A DNA stretch of 64,000 nucleotides from a virus (Duplodnaviria; Heunggongvirae; Uroviricota; Caudoviricetes), in the IMG/VR virus record IMGVR_UViG_3300001199_000002, positions 48,062-112,061 of that record, one strand, 5' to 3'. Positions 1 to 8,673 of the stretch are shown one piece after another. The notes beneath the pieces are model-generated. The model saw only the letters and a list, made by a program, of their open reading frames with translations, made no database searches and was not told the origin of the DNA. Position 1 is the first letter of the stretch. Each line of letters opens with the position of its first letter. Made by a program: the position numbers and the translations under genes.

Positions 1-2
1 AC

Positions 3-1472
3 TATTGGGTGATGATGCTCAATCAGCGCGACGTTGCTCCGCTGTCGAAGTTCATGAGCTATCGATACTACACCGATATCTCAACAACGAAGATCAATCT
101 ACCAGAAATCTTCAAGGGCAAGCTCAATCCAGTCGCCAAGAACAAGCAGCAAGCTGGCTACGCCGCAGAACTGCAACTAGATGAATCACGTTTGTCGGTT
201 ATCCAAGACGTGACGAAGGCTGACTACGAAGATTGGGCAACTCCACAAATCTATCCTGCTCACAAGGAAGTGATGTTCAAGCGCATGATGCGCCAGGGTG
301 AGATTTCAGCGATGGAATCGCTCAAGCACATGATCACGCTGATCAAGGTCGGTGATACGAAGGAAGGGTTTGCGCCAACAGAAGCACAACTAGAGCGCGT
401 AGCAGCGGCTTTGGCTGGCGGCTCACAGACGCACCACCTTGTATGGGACGACTTGATTGAGGGTCAGGTTCTACAACCCAATCTTCAAAATATCTTTGAT
501 CCTGCTAAGTACGAAGAGATCAACAAGGACATCTACGCAGCGCTAGGTATTTCTGAGTCAGTAATGACTGGACAGGGAAGCTATGCAAACAGCTTCCTTT
601 CGATCAAATTGCTGCTTGAGAAGCTAGAGACGCTACGTGAAATCATTGAAGATTGGTTGCGCGTAGAACTCAAGAAGATCGCCGAAGTAATGAAGTTCAA
701 GAGACTCCCACAAATCAAGTGGGGTCTGATGTCGCTTCGTGATGAGAACGCAGAGCGTAAACTATGGCTGGATCTCTACGATCGTGGCATTATCTCTGAC
801 ACTACGATGTTGGAGCAGTTTGGTGAAGACTTTGATGTTGAGCTTGAGCGCCAGAAGCTTGAGAAAGAAATCAAGAAGGTTGAGAACCCAGGTCTTCTCA
901 AGACTGACAAGCAGTATCGCCCACCAGTCATGGTTTCGAAGGGTCCATTCAATAAGGATCCAGCGCCACCTAAGCCACTTCCAAAGAAGAAACCACTCAA
1001 GAAGGGTGGTCGTCCGGTCAAGACTGGAAAGCCACAAACCAAGAAGCGAAACACCAAACCTAAGGGTATGGGAACGCTGATTACTGCGCGCCAGCACTAT
1101 GACTTTGCCAAAGCAGCATTTGCGATGGTGTCAGAGCTTACAACAAAGCGTGTAGTTGAGGCACAGAAGGTTAAGGACGTACGCGGATTGAGCAAGGCTC
1201 ACAAATCACAACTAGACGAAATGGTATTGTGGATTGTGGCTGCGCTTAACCCAAATGAACCTCTAACTTCCGATTTAGTGTATAAGCTCATGGATAGTTC
1301 CGAGAGCGAGGCGTTCGATTCAGATGAATGTCGCACCGTGATCGAGATTTTCCAAGCGGAGGCTGGTGCAAACACTTCTCGTGAAGAGAAGATTGAAGTA
1401 CTAGCTAATGCAATCGCCTTGGTTCATTCTGGTCTAGAACAAAAAACAGAAGACGAGGAAGATGATGAGTAA
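3..1472 (+). CDS. Portal protein, C-terminal part (open at window edge)
   Basis: Frame is open from nt 3. First gene upstream of protease/capsid. Portal-like helical body (DDLIEGQVLQPNL..DPAKYEEINKDIYAALG, LEKLETLREIIEDWL, IISDTTMLEQFGEDFDVELER) followed by a Lys/Pro-rich tail with GGRP. Confidence 0.7.
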   Translation, partial: YWVMMLNQRDVAPLSKFMSYRYYTDISTTKINLPEIFKGKLNPVAKNKQQAGYAAELQLDESRLSVIQDVTKADYEDWATPQIYPAHKEVMFKRMMRQGEISAMESLKHMITLIKVGDTKEGFAPTEAQLERVAAALAGGSQTHHLVWDDLIEGQVLQPNLQNIFDPAKYEEINKDIYAALGISESVMTGQGSYANSFLSIKLLLEKLETLREIIEDWLRVELKKIAEVMKFKRLPQIKWGLMSLRDENAERKLWLDLYDRGIISDTTMLEQFGEDFDVELERQKLEKEIKKVENPGLLKTDKQYRPPVMVSKGPFNKDPAPPKPLPKKKPLKKGGRPVKTGKPQTKKRNTKPKGMGTLITARQHYDFAKAAFAMVSELTTKRVVEAQKVKDVRGLSKAHKSQLDEMVLWIVAALNPNEPLTSDLVYKLMDSSESEAFDSDECRTVIEIFQAEAGANTSREEKIEVLANAIALVHSGLEQKTEDEEDDE

Positions 1473-1545
1473 GCAGGGTTTACTAAACATACTGAAGAAC
1501 GATTGTTCTTTTCTGCCTGCACTCATTGTGTGATTAAGGTGAAGC

Positions 1546-1974
1546 ATGCCAGTACATCTAGCTGAAAGAGATGGTAAGTTTTGTGTTGTAGAACCAAATG
1601 GTACCGTCAAAAAGTGCTATGATTCGCGAGAATCAGCATTAAAATATCTGAGAGCAATCAATATGCATCTGAAGAAATCAAAGGGATTTGAAGAGATTGC
1701 AAGCGCAGCCCACGCGCCCGCATTACAGATCATTTCAGATGGCACAGCTTCTGGTACAAAACTACTCATTCATGGAGTCGAAGTTCAGTTTACTGGAATC
1801 GATTTCTATTGCAATGACAGCGAAGACTACAAGAGTTGCTCAATGTCTGTTCGGACACGAGAGCAAGGTCCAAATGGTCTAGTTGTCGAACGTTCATTCA
1901 ATCTTCGTCACAGTCCACCACCATCCGAAGTCAAAGCAGAGGTAAAAAAACAATGGCTGATGCATCCCCAATGA
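1546..1974 (+). CDS. Hypothetical head-module protein
   Basis: 142-aa ORF with RBS-like AAGGTG. N-terminus MPVHLAERDGKFCVVEPNGTVKKCYDSRESALKYLRAIN resembles a short motif I recall from phage head-module proteins. Confidence 0.6.
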   Translation: MPVHLAERDGKFCVVEPNGTVKKCYDSRESALKYLRAINMHLKKSKGFEEIASAAHAPALQIISDGTASGTKLLIHGVEVQFTGIDFYCNDSEDYKSCSMSVRTREQGPNGLVVERSFNLRHSPPPSEVKAEVKKQWLMHPQ

Positions 1975-2147
1975 CCAATAGAGTAGATCGCGTCACTTTC
2001 TGCATCGGTGCAGTAAAGACAGCATGTCATCTACCATCGTACCGATCAGGTGCAGATCCAGGTTTCACAAAGGTTCGGACAGACGCTATTGACAACGAAA
2101 ACGTGTCTAAGCCTCTAGAGAACCGATACGTTACCAAGGAAAGCTAA
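1953..2147 (+). CDS. Small hypothetical protein
   Basis: Fills the gap before the protease. ATG 1953 follows GAGGT; alternative ATG 1971 overlaps the upstream TGA (ATGA). Confidence 0.45.
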   Translation: MADASPMTNRVDRVTFCIGAVKTACHLPSYRSGADPGFTKVRTDAIDNENVSKPLENRYVTKES

Positions 2148-2152
2148 CGTAT

Positions 2153-2165
2153 TTTAGTGTATAAC
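2153..2165 (+). promoter_or_regulatory. Candidate late promoter TTTAGTGTATAAC (copy 1)
   Basis: Recurrent intergenic motif ending in a TATAAT-like hexamer; sits 6 nt before ATG 2172. Confidence 0.6.
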
Positions 2166-2171
2166 ACTAGC

Positions 2172-3908
2172 ATGAGCAATAACACACCTAAACTACGCGC
2201 CCTTGCTTTTAGAGAGGTTAGGCTTTCGAAGCCTTCCGAATCTATGGCAGCTAAGGCTACTGCCGCGCTAGCGAAGCTTGACCTATCTGAGGTTCACAAG
2301 CAGGTTGACTTGCTCCACGTCGAGGCTGTTCTAGTCTCCGAAGGCATCAACGACAACGACGATGCCTTTACACACGCCGAACTGAAGCGCGCACTTTCTT
2401 CACCAATTCTAAAGCCAATGAATTGGCAACACAAGGATAGTGATATTCTTGGTGTAATGTATTCGGTTGAAGCGCGCGATCTGAATGGAAAGGTTCTGGC
2501 TGAGATTGGGGACGAGCCCGTAGAGTTGGTAGTCCAAGGTGCAATTTGGCACCACCTGCCTCACATCAAGGTGACGGCAAACGAAATCATGAAGCGAATC
2601 GAGAAGTCAAATCTCTTCGTTTCAATGGAATGCTGGTTCGACGATTTCGACTATGCGCTCTATACGAGTGCTGGCGAGTTGTTCGATATCATCAAGCGTA
2701 ACGACGACACTGCTTTCCTAGATGGAAGTCTACGAGTTTGCGGTGGAACTGGTCGGTACAATGGTATGCGAATTGGAAGAGCCCTCTCTGGAATCAACTT
2801 TGGTGGCGTTGCCTTTGTTGACCGTCCAGCGAACAAGCGCTCTCTAATCCTTAATTCTTTCGCTTTCAATCCTCTTCAATCAACCGAAGCGGTGGAAGCA
2901 AAGCAGGATGGCTCTGATCAAGGTTTAGATCGGACCGTCATCAACAACGTTGTAGATGTCAAAAACCATAACATGGAGGTTCGTATGAACGATCTGAATC
3001 GCGCTGCTGCAAGCGATGAGCAGATCCAGAAGGCACTTGAAGGTGCTCTAGCGTCGCGCGACCGCGTGGCTGCTGAGGCACGTATGAAGGCTGATCTGGA
3101 AGTTGCTCAGAAGGCGCTTGCCACAAAGGAGACAGAAGTGGCTGAAGCCAAGTCTGCCCTAGAAGTACTCAAGGCTGCGATCGATCGTGCTTTCGAGAGT
3201 GCAAAGGCTGCTGCCGTCCCTACCGAAATCGCTAAGATTGACCAAGCACTTAAGGTGACTGGTCCTGGTGCGGGCGACGCTGTATTTGCTGCTAAGATCG
3301 CATGGATCGAGGATAGCCGCAGAGCCGCTGCTTCAAAGCCAGAGGGCGTAGACGCCAAGTCTGTCGAGAAGCTCACTGAGGAGAAGGCCCTTCTAACGAA
3401 GGAACTTGCTTCTCTAAAGAACGATATCCGTCAAGCAGAGATTGAACACCTATTCGCCAACATCCTAGAGATGTCGCCCGAAGAAGTGGCAACCTTCGTT
3501 AAGGCTGGCCTAGCTCAGGCAACCGACGAAGCCTACACTGTTTGGATGGACGAGAAGAAGCTCTTCGCCAAGAAGCTCTTCGAGAAGATGGGCAAGAAGG
3601 GAAAGAAGGAAGAGACTTCTGCATCTGAGGATGCCGAGGCTGGTCTTCTATCGCCTTCAGACCGCGAAACTCCCGTAGAGGATCGTGGTGCAGTTCTGCG
3701 TCCTATTCATGGACGTGTTCCTAGCGATGTGCGTCGTGTACCTCGTAGCAAGCTCACTGCGGCTCAAGCTCTCGACAAGATGTTCGAGGAAGTTGTTGAG
3801 CCTAACCTAGCTGGCGCAAGCGCTGGCGAAGGTAAGAACGAGAGCCCAATGAAGGGTCTCGTAGCGGGTCTTCTAGGAAAGCAAGCCGACAACAAGGAAG
3901 CAAAGTAA
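2172..3908 (+). CDS. Prohead protease with C-terminal scaffold region
   Basis: Between portal and capsid genes. N-terminal domain with MNWQH, VSMECWFDD and FGGVAFVDRPAN motifs, followed by an Ala/Glu/Lys-rich coiled-coil region. Confidence 0.75.
   Translation: MSNNTPKLRALAFREVRLSKPSESMAAKATAALAKLDLSEVHKQVDLLHVEAVLVSEGINDNDDAFTHAELKRALSSPILKPMNWQHKDSDILGVMYSVEARDLNGKVLAEIGDEPVELVVQGAIWHHLPHIKVTANEIMKRIEKSNLFVSMECWFDDFDYALYTSAGELFDIIKRNDDTAFLDGSLRVCGGTGRYNGMRIGRALSGINFGGVAFVDRPANKRSLILNSFAFNPLQSTEAVEAKQDGSDQGLDRTVINNVVDVKNHNMEVRMNDLNRAAASDEQIQKALEGALASRDRVAAEARMKADLEVAQKALATKETEVAEAKSALEVLKAAIDRAFESAKAAAVPTEIAKIDQALKVTGPGAGDAVFAAKIAWIEDSRRAAASKPEGVDAKSVEKLTEEKALLTKELASLKNDIRQAEIEHLFANILEMSPEEVATFVKAGLAQATDEAYTVWMDEKKLFAKKLFEKMGKKGKKEETSASEDAEAGLLSPSDRETPVEDRGAVLRPIHGRVPSDVRRVPRSKLTAAQALDKMFEEVVEPNLAGASAGEGKNESPMKGLVAGLLGKQADNKEAK
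2985..3908 (+). CDS. Probable nested in-frame scaffolding protein (internal start MNDLNRAAAS)
   Basis: GGAGGT at 2975-2980 precedes an in-frame ATG at 2985, exactly where the coiled-coil region begins. Confidence 0.5.
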   Translation: MNDLNRAAASDEQIQKALEGALASRDRVAAEARMKADLEVAQKALATKETEVAEAKSALEVLKAAIDRAFESAKAAAVPTEIAKIDQALKVTGPGAGDAVFAAKIAWIEDSRRAAASKPEGVDAKSVEKLTEEKALLTKELASLKNDIRQAEIEHLFANILEMSPEEVATFVKAGLAQATDEAYTVWMDEKKLFAKKLFEKMGKKGKKEETSASEDAEAGLLSPSDRETPVEDRGAVLRPIHGRVPSDVRRVPRSKLTAAQALDKMFEEVVEPNLAGASAGEGKNESPMKGLVAGLLGKQADNKEAK

Positions 3909-3921
3909 GGAGGAACCTACT

Positions 3922-4380
3922 ATGGCTCTAAGAGGCACATCACACAAGCACGAGACCACGATGGACTATATCCTCAACCGGGCTGCTGAGCCTGGAACGA
4001 TGGTAGTTGCATCAGGTACCGCAGGCTTGGTTGACGTTGTGGGAACAGTACAGCTTTCTGGCTCAGGTATCTGGCCAGTCGGTATGTTGCTTAACACCCG
4101 CGAAGAGTTCAACTACGCAAAGGAACTGGAGCGCGTCCAGTACGACACCGATGATATCGGTACCGTCGTAACTCTACTACGTCGTGGAGAGGTTAACACC
4201 AATCTCGTCGTAGCAAACGGTGGCGTTGCAATCGCCGCAGGTCAGCCAGCCTATCTCGCAGGAAACGGTCAAATTGGCAACGCCAATTCGGCACCATCCG
4301 GCGGAAATCAGAAGGTTGGTCAATTCATGTCAGCAGTCGATGCAGACGGGTACGCCCGAGTTCGCATCGAGTTGCAGTAA
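3922..4380 (+). CDS. Capsid decoration/cement-type protein
   Basis: Strong RBS AGGAGG. Small beta-rich Gly-rich protein immediately upstream of the major capsid gene, with PAYLAGNGQI...KVGQFMS...GYARVRIEL. Confidence 0.6.
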   Translation: MALRGTSHKHETTMDYILNRAAEPGTMVVASGTAGLVDVVGTVQLSGSGIWPVGMLLNTREEFNYAKELERVQYDTDDIGTVVTLLRRGEVNTNLVVANGGVAIAAGQPAYLAGNGQIGNANSAPSGGNQKVGQFMSAVDADGYARVRIELQ

Positions 4381-4398
4381 CAATAGGAGGCAGATAAC

Positions 4399-5430
4399 AT
4401 GGCTTACGAAAAGCACGAAGAGGCGACTCTTCAACTTCTACGGGACATGGCCTCAGGCGACAAGCGCAAGGCAGAAGCAGCCCGTCAGGCGTTTGCAGCG
4501 GAACTAGTATCACCACTACGTCGTGGCATCTTTGATGCAGACAATCTTGGTGACATCTATGTTCCTCAGGTCATCCCAATGGGCAGCACAGCTAGCTATC
4601 CGCTAGACTTCGTTCGTCCGGGCGAAGAGGATCTCTACACCGCGTACACACTAGCTGAGCAGGGTCGCCTGCCAGAGCGTCGTGTCGAGGCGTCTGAGAT
4701 CAACGTTCCAACCTTCAAGATCGGTAACTCGATCGACTGGGACATCAAGTTCATGAAGGAAGCACGATGGGACGTTGTAAAGCGCGCGTTGCAAGTCTTC
4801 GAGGCTGGCTTCGTTCGCAAGATCAACAGCGATGGTTGGCGCACTGTCCTAGCGGCAGGTGCAGACCGTGGTCTATTGGTCGAAGCATCGGGCACCGCAG
4901 TGTTGACTGGCGCAACGTCGCCAATCTCAACTCCTCCTTCACCAGGAATGTTCACGAAGGAACTAGTGTCACGTCTCCACACCGCCATGACTCGTGGCGC
5001 GGGTGGTAACGGAAACGCTGGTCGCCTGACGGACCTCTACCTGTCGCTAGAAGCGATGGAGTGTGTGAGAGCGTGGGACGCGAACCGAGTAGACGAATTC
5101 ACTCGCCGTGAAATCTTCATGAGCGCAGAGAAGGGCCTTGCCCAAGTCTACGGCGTGATCCTACACCCAATGACTGAGTTCGGCATCGGTCAGGAGTATC
5201 AGGACTTCCTAGTGAACGTTCTGTCTCTTGGTCTGCCAGTGAACACCGCAGAGTTCTGCGTTGGTCTCGACCTCAGCCAGAAGGACTCGTTCGTAATGCC
5301 AATCAAGGAAGAACTTGAGGTATACGACGATGAGGCGCTAGTTCGCTTCCAGCGAATGGGCGTGTTCGGTTGGATGAGACACGGCTTCGCATGCCTTGAC
5401 AACCGTCGAGTGCTGCTAGGCGCGTTCTGA
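4399..5430 (+). CDS. Major capsid protein (HK97-fold inferred)
   Basis: 343 aa, strong RBS AGGAGG, follows protease and decoration genes, followed by a strong terminator. C-terminal ...GVFGWMRHGFACLDNRRVLLGAF is capsid-like. Confidence 0.8.
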   Translation: MAYEKHEEATLQLLRDMASGDKRKAEAARQAFAAELVSPLRRGIFDADNLGDIYVPQVIPMGSTASYPLDFVRPGEEDLYTAYTLAEQGRLPERRVEASEINVPTFKIGNSIDWDIKFMKEARWDVVKRALQVFEAGFVRKINSDGWRTVLAAGADRGLLVEASGTAVLTGATSPISTPPSPGMFTKELVSRLHTAMTRGAGGNGNAGRLTDLYLSLEAMECVRAWDANRVDEFTRREIFMSAEKGLAQVYGVILHPMTEFGIGQEYQDFLVNVLSLGLPVNTAEFCVGLDLSQKDSFVMPIKEELEVYDDEALVRFQRMGVFGWMRHGFACLDNRRVLLGAF

Positions 5431-5449
5431 TCTGATCTGAACCAAGAAG

Positions 5450-5473
5450 AGGGGTGGGCAGCCACCCCTTTTT
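5450..5473 (+). terminator. Rho-independent terminator after the capsid gene
   Basis: Stem AGGGGTGG / CCACCCCT, loop GCAG, followed by a T run. Confidence 0.85.
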
Positions 5474-5496
5474 CATACCCTTTAGGGACACTTCGA

Positions 5497-5811
5497 ATGA
5501 ATAACGCGGAACACCTAGAGATTGTAAGGTTGTATAACAGCGACCATACAGTCACTATCAAACAGCTTGCAAAACAGTTTCGACGCAAGCCAACGACCAT
5601 CTCTCGTATTCTACGCGAGCATGGCGTGACCCCGCAATACAATCGCACACGGATGCTTGATCCAACTGTGCGCAAAACCGTGCTCACCTTGACGCTTCAA
5701 GGCTTGACCATGGAGCAAATCGCCGAGCGACTCAAGATCGCTGATGGTTCTGTTTGTAACATTGTCCACGCTCACGAAGAGGAGCTATCATGCCTGACGG
5801 ACGCATTCTAA
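5497..5811 (+). CDS. Small protein with two helix-turn-helix motifs
   Basis: VTIKQLAKQFRRKPTTISRIL and LTMEQIAERLKIADGSVCNIV are both HTH-like. Confidence 0.65.
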   Translation: MNNAEHLEIVRLYNSDHTVTIKQLAKQFRRKPTTISRILREHGVTPQYNRTRMLDPTVRKTVLTLTLQGLTMEQIAERLKIADGSVCNIVHAHEEELSCLTDAF

Positions 5812-6731
5812 CTGTCGGAACCACAGCCGACGAACTTGACATCTTCCTGACAGCAGGAGAAAATGGACAAGCAATCAATCCATCACGGATTGTGTTTCGC
5901 CTATTTGATCCAACCGGCGCTCAGGCTGTTGGAGAGACTAGTGGCACCCTCGTAGCAACCGGACGCTATAATGGTTCTGCCGCAACGATTCCTGCTGGTT
6001 TCGTCATTGGTGAAGACTGGCGCATCAAATGGGATGTCGTCCTTCCAGGTGGCGCTTCTGGTCAGTTCATCGAGGATTTTAGCGTAGCCCTGCCGTCACT
6101 TGCGGCATCCTTTAGCGCTAACACCGGAAATAACGTTGAGTCTATCTTTGACAGAGTTCGCCTTGATATTGGCGACCCTGACGGCAGGATCTTTGTTGAT
6201 GGTCTATTGCGTCGCACACTAAAGAAGGCAGTAACGAGAGTCAACAGACGCCTAGGTCTCGTGAATGTCACTAGCAACAACGAATTCATCTTTCTAATTG
6301 CGTTCATGGGTTCGGTGAATACACCAACACTTACGCTAGACCTAACACTTGGCACTATCACGCCTGATACCGATCCATATGTGGATATCGTGATCATGCA
6401 AATGGAAGAAATCCTACTCCAGTCTGAGCTAGTTGCGCTGCAAAGGCTCAATCCAGCGACTGCGGGATCTTTCGGCAGTGGAATTGTCGGTGCCGCTGGC
6501 GACGGTGTATCTATCACCAACGCTGACGGAGTATCGATCACTACATCACCAACTCGCCTTACGATGAGATCAGACCTTGGTAAGTTCAACCTAGGTGCTC
6601 TGAGTGAGCAATTGGAAAGAGCTATTAAGGACATGCGTTGGAGACTAAGCGGAGCAAATGGTAAGGATGTTACTATGCCTCGTTATTTGAATCGCGGCAA
6701 TGGTCCATTTTTCGGTGGTCGGTGGTACTGA
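5790..6731 (+). CDS. Putative head-tail adaptor/neck protein with N-terminal beta domain
   Basis: Position after the capsid gene. The motif IFDRVRLDIGDPD...LLRRTLKKAVTRVN is adaptor-like. Confidence 0.5.
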   Translation: MPDGRILTVGTTADELDIFLTAGENGQAINPSRIVFRLFDPTGAQAVGETSGTLVATGRYNGSAATIPAGFVIGEDWRIKWDVVLPGGASGQFIEDFSVALPSLAASFSANTGNNVESIFDRVRLDIGDPDGRIFVDGLLRRTLKKAVTRVNRRLGLVNVTSNNEFIFLIAFMGSVNTPTLTLDLTLGTITPDTDPYVDIVIMQMEEILLQSELVALQRLNPATAGSFGSGIVGAAGDGVSITNADGVSITTSPTRLTMRSDLGKFNLGALSEQLERAIKDMRWRLSGANGKDVTMPRYLNRGNGPFFGGRWY

Positions 6732-7063
6732 TGTTTGTATTCTTCAACTCTCCATACGGATCGACGATCATTAATGGTCAGCGTATCTACGGCTATCTTG
6801 AAAAGCATCCTGCTGCACGAGTAACGTGGGATACGTTTCGAGCATATCAAGGGAATTTGATTCAGGCATCATACACAGCAGATAGACTTAAGCTACTTTT
6901 TCCTAACGCTGAATTTCCACAGGTATCATTTGTCTATAGTGACTTGCGCTATCTTACGTGGGAACAAATGTGTGGACTATGCAAGGGCTTCGGTCTTACT
7001 ACAGCCCGCACAAACTCTGAACGCCGTAAGGCACTTCGTAACTTCTTGAAAGAAAATTGCTGA
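6731..7063 (+). CDS. Hypothetical protein (possible C-terminal SAP/HeH-like helical motif)
   Basis: TGATG overlap with the upstream stop; C-terminus LTWEQMCGLCKGFGLTTARTNSERRKALRNFL. Confidence 0.55.
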   Translation: MFVFFNSPYGSTIINGQRIYGYLEKHPAARVTWDTFRAYQGNLIQASYTADRLKLLFPNAEFPQVSFVYSDLRYLTWEQMCGLCKGFGLTTARTNSERRKALRNFLKENC

Positions 7064-7581
7064 TGAAAACCGGAGTCTATCAAATCCAGAATACGATAGA
7101 TGGCAAGCGTTATATTGGTAGCGCTGCTCGATCAATCATCAACAGATGGTCAAATCATAAGACACGGCTATCTCAAGGAAGTCATTATGCCAAACATCTA
7201 CAGAACGCATGGAATAAGTATGGTGCCGATACATTTGTATTCGAGATCCTGCTCTATTGCAATCCAGAGAATTGTTTGATGTATGAGCAGATCGCACTTG
7301 ATCACTTCAAGCCTGAATACAACACATGCATGATTGCTGGAAGCTCGCTTGGTACTATTCGTAAGCGTGGTCAGCAAAATCCATGGTATGGTAGAAAGCA
7401 CAAACAAGAGACTCTAACTAAGATGACGTATCAGAGTGCCAAACTAACACTTGAACAGAAACAATCAATTGAGACTCTTTTGAGTCAGGGTATTTCACAA
7501 ACTAAGATTGCCCTACAATTCGGCATCGCACAGACTACGGTTAGTGCAATAAAGAGACATACAACTTGGAGGAATTGCTAA
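7063..7581 (+). mobile_element. Free-standing GIY-YIG homing endonuclease with NUMOD3-like motif and C-terminal HTH
   Basis: GVYQIQNTIDGKRYIGS...RWSNH; NPWYGRKH; C-terminal ISQTKIALQFGIAQTTVSAIKRHTTW. Confidence 0.85.
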
Positions 7582-8126
7582 TGGCACTTGGATTTGACAT
7601 GCAGATTGCAGACAAGCGCTGCCAATTTGTGAATCCGTTCCATTGTGAGCGAGGCGGAATCCTGTCACTGACTACTCTAAGTGGTATTCAGTATGCCACC
7701 TACGTAAGCAATCCAACGGAAGCTACGGTTCCACTTGGTCTAATGATGCACGATCAGGAAGCTGTTGATCTTTACAGAGCAAATGTGCCATGGTCAACGC
7801 ATCGCGCCTATCCTCCATATACCAACTATCCATACCTTATTCTCGGGACTGTTATTACAAACGCAGTCCATCCTGCGGCTGATCCAGCAGCAATCATGCC
7901 CGGTGCGCCCGCGTATCTGGCCCCATCTGGTCTCATTACGGTTTCTCCCACCTACTGCTCCCGTCGAATCGGTACGTTCATGAGTATGCTTAACCAAGCG
8001 AACCTACGAGTTCCTGGGGTGCTTGGAGCATCGTTTCTTCGAGTCGGTGGAGATGAGAAGATTGTTAATCCCGTGAGAGTGATGGCAAATACTGCTGGTT
8101 GGGTCAAAATCAACATTCATATCTGA
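7581..8126 (+). CDS. Second decoration-type protein (paralog of 3922-4380)
   Basis: TAATG overlap. Shares PAYLAPSGLI / RIGTFMS / GWVKINI with the first decoration gene. Confidence 0.6.
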   Translation: MALGFDMQIADKRCQFVNPFHCERGGILSLTTLSGIQYATYVSNPTEATVPLGLMMHDQEAVDLYRANVPWSTHRAYPPYTNYPYLILGTVITNAVHPAADPAAIMPGAPAYLAPSGLITVSPTYCSRRIGTFMSMLNQANLRVPGVLGASFLRVGGDEKIVNPVRVMANTAGWVKINIHI

Positions 8127-8133
8127 GGATCTA

Positions 8134-8673
8134 ATGGTAAACAAACGTGACATTGCTCCAAAGGGCACACCACCCGATGGTACATTTCCTTGGCCACAGC
8201 CAGTTTTTGAGCAGTTGTATAACAATGCGATGGATGCTTCGTTTGCTGCTTTAGGTCGCGATATTGTTTTGCATCTAACGCCAGAAAAGTATGTGGCGTC
8301 TGGTATTCTACAGGCAAATTCTCCAGCGCTTCAATACAATCCATTCCAGGGTCGTGCGGCACGTCCAGCACCAAATATCATCTCAACTTCAAGACAGCCA
8401 GCGACTGAGTTCATTCATCGCGATGTAACCTATAAAGCTCATATTCGCCATGGTCCTAAGGATGATGATGAGTCTGGTGGTGTAGCACTATCAAGGGATG
8501 AGATTCATACAACTACAGTAATTGAATCACTTGACCATCTTCAGGCTGCTGAATCTGCTACAATTGATGGTCTTCGATGCAAACTAGAGACCATTCGTCA
8601 AATTGGATTACAAAGCACTCGTTATGTGATTGCAAAATGGAAGATCATTAACGAAACAGAGAATAGAACGTGA
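8134..8673 (+). CDS. Putative head closure/neck protein
   Basis: 179 aa in the neck position of the morphogenesis operon; assignment from synteny only. Confidence 0.4.
   Translation: MVNKRDIAPKGTPPDGTFPWPQPVFEQLYNNAMDASFAALGRDIVLHLTPEKYVASGILQANSPALQYNPFQGRAARPAPNIISTSRQPATEFIHRDVTYKAHIRHGPKDDDESGGVALSRDEIHTTTVIESLDHLQAAESATIDGLRCKLETIRQIGLQSTRYVIAKWKIINETENRT

Noticed and set aside
1473-1545. tRNA or structured ncRNA in the 73-nt gap after the portal
   Set aside because: Has GCAGG/CCTGC, GTTTACTAAAC and AAGAAC/GTTCTT pairings but no T-loop, anticodon arm or CCA. At most a weak terminator.
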